Positions 57,101 through 64,000 of a stretch of DNA of 64,000 bases are shown in pieces. Position 1 is the first letter of the stretch. The number at the start of each line of letters is the position of its first letter. The notes under the pieces are model-generated. The model did not search any database, was not told the DNA's origin, and saw only the letters and a program-made list of their open reading frames with translations. The position numbers were made by a program, and so were the translations under genes. The stretch lies in NCBI GenBank assembly GCA_036004685.1, contig DASYRE010000024.1, positions 64,234-128,233 on the forward strand, read 5' to 3'. This DNA comes from Candidatus Polarisedimenticolia bacterium. Its GTDB lineage: Bacteria > Acidobacteriota > Polarisedimenticolia > Gp22-AA2 > AA152.

Positions 57101-57621
57101 CGGTCCTCCCAGGAGAGGTGACGCGAGCGGAACAGGACTCTCCGGCTGTCCGGAGTCCAGCCGATCACCATGTTGTTGGGCCCCTGGCGCTCCGAAGGAT
57201 GGCCGGTGTCGGCCCACCAGGTGAGACGCTTCGGCTCTCCCCCCGACGCCGGGATCACATAGACGTCACGGTTCCCGTCGTATTGCCCGGTGAACGCGAT
57301 CCACTTGCCGTCGGGGGAGTAACGGGGGAGCCATTCGAGGCCGGTGTCGGTCGTCAGCTGGCGGGCGACGCCTCCGGCGCGCGGGACGATCCAAAGATCG
57401 CCGCCATGGACGAAGGCGATCGAGTCCTTCGACAGCGCCGGGAAGCGCAGGAGCCGCGCCTCGGCCGGCGCCGTCTCCTGGCCGCGCGCCGGCAGCGGCG
57501 CGGCGGCCAGGGCCGCTGCGAGCAGGAGCAGGGCGATCGTCGAGCGACGGAGGGGGGCGCAGCGAGGGGAGGCGCCGAAGCGCGGCGCAGGTCTTCCGGG
57601 CACGGACGAACGGCGGGCCAT
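54190..57621 (-). CDS. tricorn-protease-like S41 peptidase with N-terminal TolB-like beta-propellers, secreted
   Basis: Signal peptide. Repeated PDGKWIAF/SPDG propeller blades. C-terminal S41 domain (GLIVDARNNGGGFVSELIIERL, TRTWGGVTG). Confidence 0.85.
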   Translation of the reverse strand: MARRSSVPGRPAPRFGASPRCAPLRRSTIALLLLAAALAAAPLPARGQETAPAEARLLRFPALSKDSIAFVHGGDLWIVPRAGGVARQLTTDTGLEWLPRYSPDGKWIAFTGQYDGNRDVYVIPASGGEPKRLTWWADTGHPSERQGPNNMVIGWTPDSRRVLFRSRHLSWEDRAGRLFTVDLEGSMPEQVGVPEGGFASFSPDGRKIVYNRIFRDFRTWKRYRGGMTQNLWIYDFAANHMEKITENDNTSRDPMWIGDTLYFNSDRDRTFNLFSCDTHGKNLKKLTSFTDYDVRWASAGPGGIVFEKGGDIYLLDTASGKSAKVAIRVPSDMRTARTEFVKVGDQITDGGLSPEGKRAVLVARGEVFTVPAEKGNTRNLTNTSNAHERGAAWSPDGKWIAYLSDQTGEDEVWMVSQDGRGAAQRLTTDGHGWRFPPVWSPDSKKIAFADKDLKLFVLDVGSRKLTQADQAKYQEISGYAWSPDSRWLTYHKLNLQQLHQVYVYSLDSGKVTVLTSEMNDSYAPVFDPGGKYLYFLSDRDLNASIGSFDFSYVYDNPTRPYALTLRKDLPSPFAPESDEVKAAGEGAKKDEGEDAKEAQSVEKVKKGKSDKEKEKDKGKKKAEPLKIDLAGIEDRIAAFPVPPGNYGSLRANESAVFYLSSPVPTLTGGPDGPSGDLHVFDMEKRKDAVVISGIGGFDLSPDGSKLAYLADDKVGILDAKPGTTGKVGDGAVSTGEMRARVDHRAEWRQIFDEAWRLERDFFYVSNMHGVDWPAMKAKYGALVPYVSHRSDLTYLIGEMISELNIGHAYVGGGEAPKPRDVPIGLLGCDYQVDKSSGRYRISRILLGQNWIDARRSPLTEPGVVVAEGSYLLAIDGADLKAPQVPDDLLQGKAGGTVTLTLASKPSGDGSHEVTVKPLSDEADLRYYDQIERNRRKVDAATQGKIAYVHIPNMGGDGLNEFVRQYYPQIRKQGLIVDARNNGGGFVSELIIERLRRVLAGLGTARNTENIGTYPSQVFYGPMVCLINHYSASDGDLFPYYFKKYGLGPLIGTRTWGGVTGIRGNTPLLDGGYVTRPEFGNYGLAGAWEIEGHGVDPDIEVDQRDDLVMQGRDPQLEKGIEVLMEQIRKNPKTLPAPPAPPVKN

Positions 57622-57905
57622 GAATGGGCTCCAGAAAACGTCGGATGTTGGGTTATCCCTGGGGAACGAACCTATCCGTTGGGTACTATACGCAATCGGC
57701 GGAAGGGAGTTTCGGGAGCGAGCCCCAAGGGGATCGAGATCGCGGGCGAACGACGCCGGTGCTTGACTCGCCTACTCGAGTATTCTAGCTTTCCGGTGCT
57801 CCGGATCCCGGGCGGCCCGGGCCACCCGGGGAGACCGGATCGGGCGGGGGATGTTAGACTCCTGGCGGCGGCTCCCATCACTTTCAAGGATCCGAGGAGA
57901 GATCG

Positions 57906-58592
57906 ATGCGCATGAGCGGTTCGAGGATGGCACGAGCTGCGGTCCCGTGCTTCGTTCTGTGGGCCGCCGTTCTCGGCACGGCCTGCCGGCGCGCCGAGAA
58001 GCAGTCCCTCTCCCCGCCGCAGCCGCAGCAACAATCCGCGGTGCCGGCGCCCGGGATGGGCGCGCCGCCGCTCGTCGACTCGCGCGGCCACGCGGTCCCG
58101 AGCGCTCCCGGAGGCGGCGAGGCGCCTGCCGGAGGTCAGCTGACCTGGAGCGTCCCGGCCGGATGGGTCGAGGAGCCCCCCTCCTCGTCGATGCGCAAGG
58201 CCCAGTACGCGCTGCCCGCCGCGGCGGGGGACCCCGAAGGGGGACAATGCGCCGTCTTCTACTTCGGCCCGGGACAGGGAGGCGACATCCAGGCCAACAT
58301 CGACCGCTGGGCGAGCCAGCTCACCGACGCCTCCGGCGGCCATCCGACTCCGACCGTGGCGGAGTCGAACGCCGGCGGCCGGAAGGTCCTGAAAGTGAGC
58401 ATGGAGGGGACCTACACGAACTCTCCCATGATGGGCGGCGATTCCGCCCCGAAACCGGGGACGCTCCTTCTCGGAGCGATCGTCGAGGGGGCGGACGCCA
58501 ACTGGTTCTTCAAGTGCACCGGCCCGAAGAAGACGATGGAGTCGCACCGCCAGGAGTTCGACTCGCTCATCGCCTCGGTGCGCGCTTCCTGA
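57906..58592 (+). CDS. hypothetical lipoprotein
   Basis: Signal peptide plus lipobox-like LGTAC. Pro/Gln-rich linker then a globular domain. No homology recognised. Confidence 0.5.
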   Translation: MRMSGSRMARAAVPCFVLWAAVLGTACRRAEKQSLSPPQPQQQSAVPAPGMGAPPLVDSRGHAVPSAPGGGEAPAGGQLTWSVPAGWVEEPPSSSMRKAQYALPAAAGDPEGGQCAVFYFGPGQGGDIQANIDRWASQLTDASGGHPTPTVAESNAGGRKVLKVSMEGTYTNSPMMGGDSAPKPGTLLLGAIVEGADANWFFKCTGPKKTMESHRQEFDSLIASVRAS

Positions 58593-58652
58593 AGCGCCCG
58601 ACCAGGCTCCCTAGCAACCGCCGAGCCGCATTCGATTCGAGGGTCTCCATCC

Positions 58653-59201
58653 ATGCGAGTCCAGACCCCGCGACTGGAGCTGATCGCCTCCACGGCCGAG
58701 ATGGCCCGCGCCGAGATCGAGGACCGAGGCCGTCTCGCCCGCCTGACGGGGGCGCGCGTCCCGGCAGGATGGCCGCCTCCCTTGAACGACGCGGCTTCCC
58801 TCGACTATGCCGTGCGCTACCTTGAAAGAGATCCGGCGAACGTCGGCTGGGGAGTGTGGTACTTCGCGCTGCCGGCGCCGGCGGAGCTGCTGCTGATCGG
58901 GAAAGGGGGCTTCAAGGGACGGTATTCTCCCGACGGCACGGTGGAGGTGGGCTACTCGGTGATGGAGGACAAGCAGCGTCAGGGATATGGGACCGAAGCC
59001 GCGGGCGGCATGATCGCCTGGGCCTTCTCCCACCCCGAGGTGAACCGGGTCATCGCCGAGACCTACCCCGATCTGCGCGCTTCGATCCGCGTCATGGAGA
59101 ACAACGGGATGCGCTTCCTCGGGATCGGCTCGGAAGAGGGGATCGTCCGCTACGGGATCACGCGGAACGAGTTCGCCAAGCGCCCCTCACCGCTTCGCTA
59201 G
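58653..59201 (+). CDS. GNAT-family N-acetyltransferase (RimJ/RimL-like)
   Basis: QRQGYGTEAAGGMIAWAF acetyl-CoA-binding motif, ~180 aa. Confidence 0.75.
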   Translation: MRVQTPRLELIASTAEMARAEIEDRGRLARLTGARVPAGWPPPLNDAASLDYAVRYLERDPANVGWGVWYFALPAPAELLLIGKGGFKGRYSPDGTVEVGYSVMEDKQRQGYGTEAAGGMIAWAFSHPEVNRVIAETYPDLRASIRVMENNGMRFLGIGSEEGIVRYGITRNEFAKRPSPLR

Positions 59202-59223
59202 CGATCCCTTTTCAGGAGAAGGC

Positions 59224-60027
59224 TTGGGACTGCTCTGGATCGCCCTGATCCTGGGGATGGTGGAGGGATTGACCGAGTACCTCCCGGTCTCCTCCACGGG
59301 GCACCTGATCGTGGCCGGGGCGCTGGTGGGGCTGCAAGGGGAAAAGGCGAAGACCTTCGAGATCTTCATCCAGCTCGGCGCGATCCTGGCGGTCGTGATC
59401 TACTACCGCCGGCGCTTTCTCGGCCTGCTGAGCTTCAAGGCGCGGGAGGAGAGGCGATTCGCCGGCCTGCATGGCTGCATGATGCTCGCCGTCACGACCC
59501 TGCCCGTCCTGGTGGCCGGGTTCCTCCTGCACGACTTCCTGAAGGCCCACCTCTTCTCCCCGCTCACGGTGGCCTGGGCGCTGGGCGCCGGCGGGATCGC
59601 CATCCTGCTCGTCGAGCAATGGCACCCTCGTCCCGAGACCGTCGGGCTGGATCGGATCGGCCTGGGGCAGGCCCTTGCCATCGGCCTGTTCCAATGCCTG
59701 GCGCTGTGGCCCGGGGTCTCCCGCTCGGCCGCCACGATCCTGGGCGGGATGCTCGGCCGCATCGATCGCAAGACCTCCGCAGAATACTCCTTCTTCGCCG
59801 CCGTTCCGGCGCTGACGGCCGCGACCGCTTACGATCTCTACAAGTCCAGGTCCTTCCTGAGCGGCGGCGACGTGCCGTTCTTCGCCGTGGGGTTCATCGT
59901 GTCGTTCCTGTTCGCCTGGCTCGCCGTGGCGTGGCTCCTCCGCCTCCTGCAGCGCCATTCCCTGCGCCCCTTCGCCTGGTACCGGATCCTGATCGCTCCC
60001 GTCATCTATTACTTCGCCCGGTCCTGA
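59224..60027 (+). CDS. uppP: undecaprenyl-diphosphate phosphatase
   Basis: EYLPVSSTGHLIV and PGVSRSAATILGGM motifs are diagnostic of UppP/BacA. Confidence 0.9.
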   Translation: MGLLWIALILGMVEGLTEYLPVSSTGHLIVAGALVGLQGEKAKTFEIFIQLGAILAVVIYYRRRFLGLLSFKAREERRFAGLHGCMMLAVTTLPVLVAGFLLHDFLKAHLFSPLTVAWALGAGGIAILLVEQWHPRPETVGLDRIGLGQALAIGLFQCLALWPGVSRSAATILGGMLGRIDRKTSAEYSFFAAVPALTAATAYDLYKSRSFLSGGDVPFFAVGFIVSFLFAWLAVAWLLRLLQRHSLRPFAWYRILIAPVIYYFARS

Positions 60028-60205
60028 GTGCCGGCCGAAGGCTTGGATCGTCCGGAGTCGGCCGATCCCGGGCCGGCTTAGGGTCGGACGAGCAGGCGCC
60101 CGGCGAGTCCGCCCGTTCCCCTCGGACTGCCCATCAAACGCTCTCCGGTGGTATCCTTGGGCATTCAGGGTTTCGTGAGATCGGTGCCGGGCGCGGGAGG
60201 AATCG

Positions 60206-62800
60206 ATGGCGCGTCTTCGACTCCGCGTGGCTTGCCTCGTCCTGGCGGTGACGGTCGGGACGAAGCCGGGATTCCCGCTCGTCACGCCGCGGCTGCGCGA
60301 CGGGACGCCCCGGGGAATCGCCGATCCTCCCGCGGCGGCGCGCGTCACGATGCCGGCGGTGTGGTTCGTCGAGCTGGCGAGCGCGCCGCTGGCGGAGGCG
60401 AATCCCGCCGACCAGCCGGCGTACCTGCGAAAGCTGCGCCTGGAGAAGGAAGCGTTCCGGCTCGAAGCATCCCGACGGCGGCTTGTTTGGCGGGAGCGCT
60501 TCACCTACAACCGGCTCTGGAACGGCGTCTCGCTGGCCATCGATCCGGCCGAGGTCATGACGCTCGCTCAGATCAAGGGAGTGACGGCAATCTATCCGGT
60601 CACCGAAGTCGAGCCGGGGGAGCGGATTCTCGCGAAGGATGCCATCGCCGGCGGCGGGCGGTGGTCCGGCGAGGCGGCACCCGCTTCCGGCGGTCTCGCC
60701 GCCGCCCTTTCGATGGTGGGGGCCGATCGGATCCAGGCAGCGGGGATCGACGGCGCGGGCGTCCGGGTCGCCCTGATCGACACCGGAATCGACTACCTGC
60801 ACCCCGACCTGGGGGGAGGCTTCGGGCCGGGATTCCGGGTCGAAGGAGGATTCGACCTGGTGGGGGACAACTACCGGGGCCCGGGCAACACGCCGCTTCC
60901 CGACGCCGACCCGCGCGACTGCAACGGCCACGGGACCCACGTCGCCGGCATCCTCGCGGGGCGTGGCGCCGTCACCGGCGTGGCTCCCGGCGCCACGCTG
61001 CGAGCCTACAAGGTCTTCGGCTGCGTCGGAGGGACGCTGGCCGACATCGTCCTGGCGGCGATGGAGCGTGTCCTCGGCGACGGGAGCCGAGTGGTGAACC
61101 TGAGCCTCGGCAACGCGTTCCAATGGCCGCACTACCCGACGGCGCGCGCCGCGGACAACCTGGTGAACCATGGCGTCGTCGTCGTGGCCTCGGCCGGCAA
61201 CGACGGAGACAGCGGCCTCTTCTCGCTTGATGCGCCGGGGGTGGGGCGCAAGACGATCGGCGTGGCGTCGACCGACAGCGCCAAGGTCCACACGCGGTCG
61301 TTCCGCGTCCTGGGAGGGGGCGACGTCGGCTACTTCCCGGTCGACCAGGCCCTGCCGCCGCCGCTTTCGGGATCGGCTCTCGTCCAGGACGTCGGGCACG
61401 GCTGCCTGAGCGACCGCGCCCTGTTCACCGGCGTGGCCGGGAAGGTGGCGGTCATGAGCCGCGGGCAGTGCGCGCCCCGGCAGAAGGTGCTCAACCTGCA
61501 CAACGCCGGCGCCGCCGCCGTGCTGATCTACAACGACGAGCCGGGCGTCTTCCTGGAGACCTTCGAGGATCCTCCGATCTTTTTCCCCGTCGCCACGCTC
61601 TCCCGCGAGGACGGCACGGCGCTGGCGGCGCGCGCCCGCTTTCCGACGACGCTCGTCTGGACCAGCGATTTCACCGACGTCGCCAACGCGACGGGGGGCC
61701 TGGTTTCACCCTTCAGCGCTTATGGAGAGAGCCCCGATCTGGAGCTCAAGCCGGACCTGGCGGCGCCGGGGGCGCTCGTCTTCTCCACGCTGCCGCTGGC
61801 GCGCGGCAGCTACGGATTGAGGAGCGGGACGTCGATGGCCGCGCCGTTCGTCGCGGGAGCGGCGGCGCTGCTGATCGAGGCGGAGCCGAACGTCCCCAGC
61901 CAGCGGGTGAGGGACATCCTGCAAAACGCCGCGCTGCCGCGGGCGTGGCGCAAGAATCCGGACGGCGGGGGGCTCGAGCCGATCCAGCATGAAGGGGCCG
62001 GCCTGGTCGATGTCGAAGCGGCCCTCCAGGCCGATCTGCGCGTCGGGCCGGGAAAGATCTCGCTGGGCGAGATGGAAGGGGCGAGCGTCCGGCGCGCTCT
62101 GGAGATCGAGAACCGGAGCGCCTCGGCCCTCGCCCTCGCTTTCTCTCATGCTCCGGCCAAAGCCGTTCTTCCCGGGGGGCCTCCCGTCAAGGCCGCCGAC
62201 GGGGCCGCCACGGTGAGCTTCGACCCGTCCCGCCTCGTTCTGCCGGCCGGCGGCAAGGCGACCGTTGAAATCGGCTTCACGCCGCCGGAGGGGCTGCCCG
62301 AGGGAAGCCTGTTCGGAGGATTCCTGGCGATCGCGCCGGAAGGGGCAGGGCGCACCGTGCGCGTTCCCTACGCCGGCTTTCAAGGGGACTATCAATCGAT
62401 CGTCGCCATGAACCCCGACGCCTCGCCGTTCGGCAATCCGATCCTGCGCCCCGACTTCGAATTCGGTCCCAGCTCTCCGCTGACGATCGAGCCGCTTCAC
62501 CATCAGGCGGCGATCGTCTTGTTCCACCTCCGGCATCCCGTCCGGCGCCTGCGCCTCGAGCTGTTCGACACGCCGAGCGGCCGCAGCCGCGGGCGCCTCG
62601 CCGAAGCCGGCTACTTCCCCCGCAACGGCACGGCCGAGGAGTTCTTCTTCCTGTTCTGGGACGGGCGGGACTCGCAGGGCGACCCGCTGCCGGCGGGATC
62701 GTACGTGCTGCGGCTCGCGGCCCAGAAGGCCCTCGGGGACGACGACAATCCCGCCCATTGGGAGATCTGGACCTCCCCGCCGGTGACCGTTCTCCGGTGA
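60206..62800 (+). CDS. S8-family subtilisin-like serine peptidase with PA domain and C-terminal Ig-like (FlgD-Ig type) domain, secreted
   Basis: Catalytic triad motifs VALIDTGID, NGHGTHVAGI, GTSMAAPFVAG. C-terminal YFPRNGTAEEFFFLFWDGRDSQGDPLPAGSYVLRLAA. Confidence 0.9.
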   Translation: MARLRLRVACLVLAVTVGTKPGFPLVTPRLRDGTPRGIADPPAAARVTMPAVWFVELASAPLAEANPADQPAYLRKLRLEKEAFRLEASRRRLVWRERFTYNRLWNGVSLAIDPAEVMTLAQIKGVTAIYPVTEVEPGERILAKDAIAGGGRWSGEAAPASGGLAAALSMVGADRIQAAGIDGAGVRVALIDTGIDYLHPDLGGGFGPGFRVEGGFDLVGDNYRGPGNTPLPDADPRDCNGHGTHVAGILAGRGAVTGVAPGATLRAYKVFGCVGGTLADIVLAAMERVLGDGSRVVNLSLGNAFQWPHYPTARAADNLVNHGVVVVASAGNDGDSGLFSLDAPGVGRKTIGVASTDSAKVHTRSFRVLGGGDVGYFPVDQALPPPLSGSALVQDVGHGCLSDRALFTGVAGKVAVMSRGQCAPRQKVLNLHNAGAAAVLIYNDEPGVFLETFEDPPIFFPVATLSREDGTALAARARFPTTLVWTSDFTDVANATGGLVSPFSAYGESPDLELKPDLAAPGALVFSTLPLARGSYGLRSGTSMAAPFVAGAAALLIEAEPNVPSQRVRDILQNAALPRAWRKNPDGGGLEPIQHEGAGLVDVEAALQADLRVGPGKISLGEMEGASVRRALEIENRSASALALAFSHAPAKAVLPGGPPVKAADGAATVSFDPSRLVLPAGGKATVEIGFTPPEGLPEGSLFGGFLAIAPEGAGRTVRVPYAGFQGDYQSIVAMNPDASPFGNPILRPDFEFGPSSPLTIEPLHHQAAIVLFHLRHPVRRLRLELFDTPSGRSRGRLAEAGYFPRNGTAEEFFFLFWDGRDSQGDPLPAGSYVLRLAAQKALGDDDNPAHWEIWTSPPVTVLR

Positions 62801-62860
62801 TCGTGTAAACTACCCCGCTCGCTCCGGCCGCGCCGCGCCGCGGAACTCCCCGAGGATTCC

Positions 62861-63517
62861 TTGGAGCTGATTCGAAAGTTCTTCGAGAACGTCTACAACG
62901 TCCAGAGGCTGATCGAGATTGGGGGCCTCGCGGGGATGTTCGCGGTGGTCTTCGCGGAGACGGGGCTGCTCATCGGCTTCTTTCTCCCGGGAGACTCGCT
63001 CCTGGTGGCGGCGGGATTGTTCGCTGCCCGCGGCAACCTGAACATCGTCTCGCTGAACCTGGCGCTGATGGTGGCCGCCATCGCGGGAGACGCGACCGGG
63101 TACTGGATCGGCTACCGCGCCGGCAAGGCGATCTACGATCGCCCCGACTCGTTCTTCTTCCGCCGCAAGCACCTGCTGGCCGCCCATGAGTTCTACGAGA
63201 AGCACGGCGGCAAGACGATCATCATCGCGCGGTTCATGCCGATCATCCGCACCTTCGCCCCCGTCGTGGCGGGGGCGGGCACGATGAGCTACCCGCGGTT
63301 CGCCAGCTACAACGTGATCGGCGGGATCCTCTGGGTCGCCTCGATGACCCTCACCGGCTACTTCCTCGGCCAGGCCATTCCCGACCTGGAAAAGCACATC
63401 CACCTCGTCGTCGCGATCGTGATCTTCCTGTCGCTGCTGCCCGGAATCATCGCGTACCTCCGGGCGCGCCTCCAGTCGCGCCGTCGTGGTGGCCCGCCGC
63501 CGGCGGCTTTGATGTAA
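62861..63517 (+). CDS. DedA-family membrane protein
   Basis: Signature GFFLPGDSLLVAAG and FMPIIRTFAPVVAGAGTMSY. 218 aa. Confidence 0.85.
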   Translation: MELIRKFFENVYNVQRLIEIGGLAGMFAVVFAETGLLIGFFLPGDSLLVAAGLFAARGNLNIVSLNLALMVAAIAGDATGYWIGYRAGKAIYDRPDSFFFRRKHLLAAHEFYEKHGGKTIIIARFMPIIRTFAPVVAGAGTMSYPRFASYNVIGGILWVASMTLTGYFLGQAIPDLEKHIHLVVAIVIFLSLLPGIIAYLRARLQSRRRGGPPPAALM

Positions 63518-63567
63518 AATCCCCGCTCCGGCCCCTGCCGCCGCCGTGCCCACTCCCGGAGACTGCC

Positions 63568-64000
63568 ATGCGCCGATCCTTGGTTCCGCGAGGCATGAGC
63601 CCGAGACGCGCCACGCGAGCGTGGCTCGCCGCGTCGCTCCTGGCCCTCCTGGCGTCGCTTCCGGCGGCGCAGGGGTCGCCGGCCGGGGCGCGAGCCCCGC
63701 GTCCCGGCCCCCGCAAGGTCTCCACGGCCAAGACGCCCTCCAAGCTGGCCCAGTTCCTCGAGATGTACAGCTCGTTGTACCGGGAGGTGCGCTACGAAGC
63801 CCAGAAGGCGGAATGGGCCGCGAGCACCGACGTCACGCCGGAGCACGTCGGAGGGCGCATCGCCGGCGACAAGGCGCTGGCCGCCTTGGTCGGCTCGACC
63901 TACGTGATCCAGAACGCCAAGCAGTTCCTCGCCGGCGCCGCGAGCCTCGCGCCGCTCGACGCGCGCCAGCTCAAGAAGATCCTCCTGGGCGCCGCCGAAT
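63568..64000 (+). CDS. M2-family (ACE-like) peptidyl-dipeptidase, N-terminal fragment (continues beyond window)
   Basis: Signal peptide, then LAQFLEMYSSLYREVRYEAQKAEWAASTDVTPEH, which resembles the M2 N-terminal helical region (W..nTniT.e). Open to the window end. Confidence 0.55.
   Translation, partial: MRRSLVPRGMSPRRATRAWLAASLLALLASLPAAQGSPAGARAPRPGPRKVSTAKTPSKLAQFLEMYSSLYREVRYEAQKAEWAASTDVTPEHVGGRIAGDKALAALVGSTYVIQNAKQFLAGAASLAPLDARQLKKILLGAAE

Noticed and set aside
1-64000. CRISPR arrays, tRNA/rRNA genes
   Set aside because: No regularly spaced direct repeats seen. Intergenic regions longer than 80 nt were inspected for tRNA T-loop (GGTTCGAATCC-like) signatures and none was found.

Overview
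High-GC (about 68%) bacterial chromosomal segment with roughly 50 protein-coding genes. I found no rRNA, tRNA or CRISPR array. The content is mostly housekeeping and envelope functions. Many proteins carry signal peptides, and there is a sigma-54 enhancer-binding protein with GAF domains, a hybrid histidine kinase, several peptidases (S8, S41/tricorn-like, M28, M50, M2) and an ABC importer operon. The window opens with a degenerate IS5-family transposase remnant. Operons that stand out are: (i) a translationally coupled ECF-like sigma factor / zinc-finger anti-sigma / membrane-anchored TPR-CHAT (caspase-like) protease triad; (ii) a MarR-type regulator with vicinal cysteines upstream of a GNAT-ArsM (arsenite methyltransferase) fusion; (iii) a manganese cluster with a DtxR/MntR regulator, an Nramp MntH fused to a universal-stress domain, a bactofilin-like membrane protein and a TerC exporter; (iv) a roughly 1.9 kb low-GC islet holding a solitary gamma-class N6-adenine DNA methyltransferase; and (v) a two-HKD PLD-superfamily protein followed by four small membrane proteins. 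At least three genes (IS transposase, a small coiled-coil secreted protein, a secreted VOC protein) are interrupted by single-base indels, one inside a G7 run, which points to assembly indel errors or real pseudogenes. The large antisense ORFs in the six-frame track are GC-content artifacts and were ignored.
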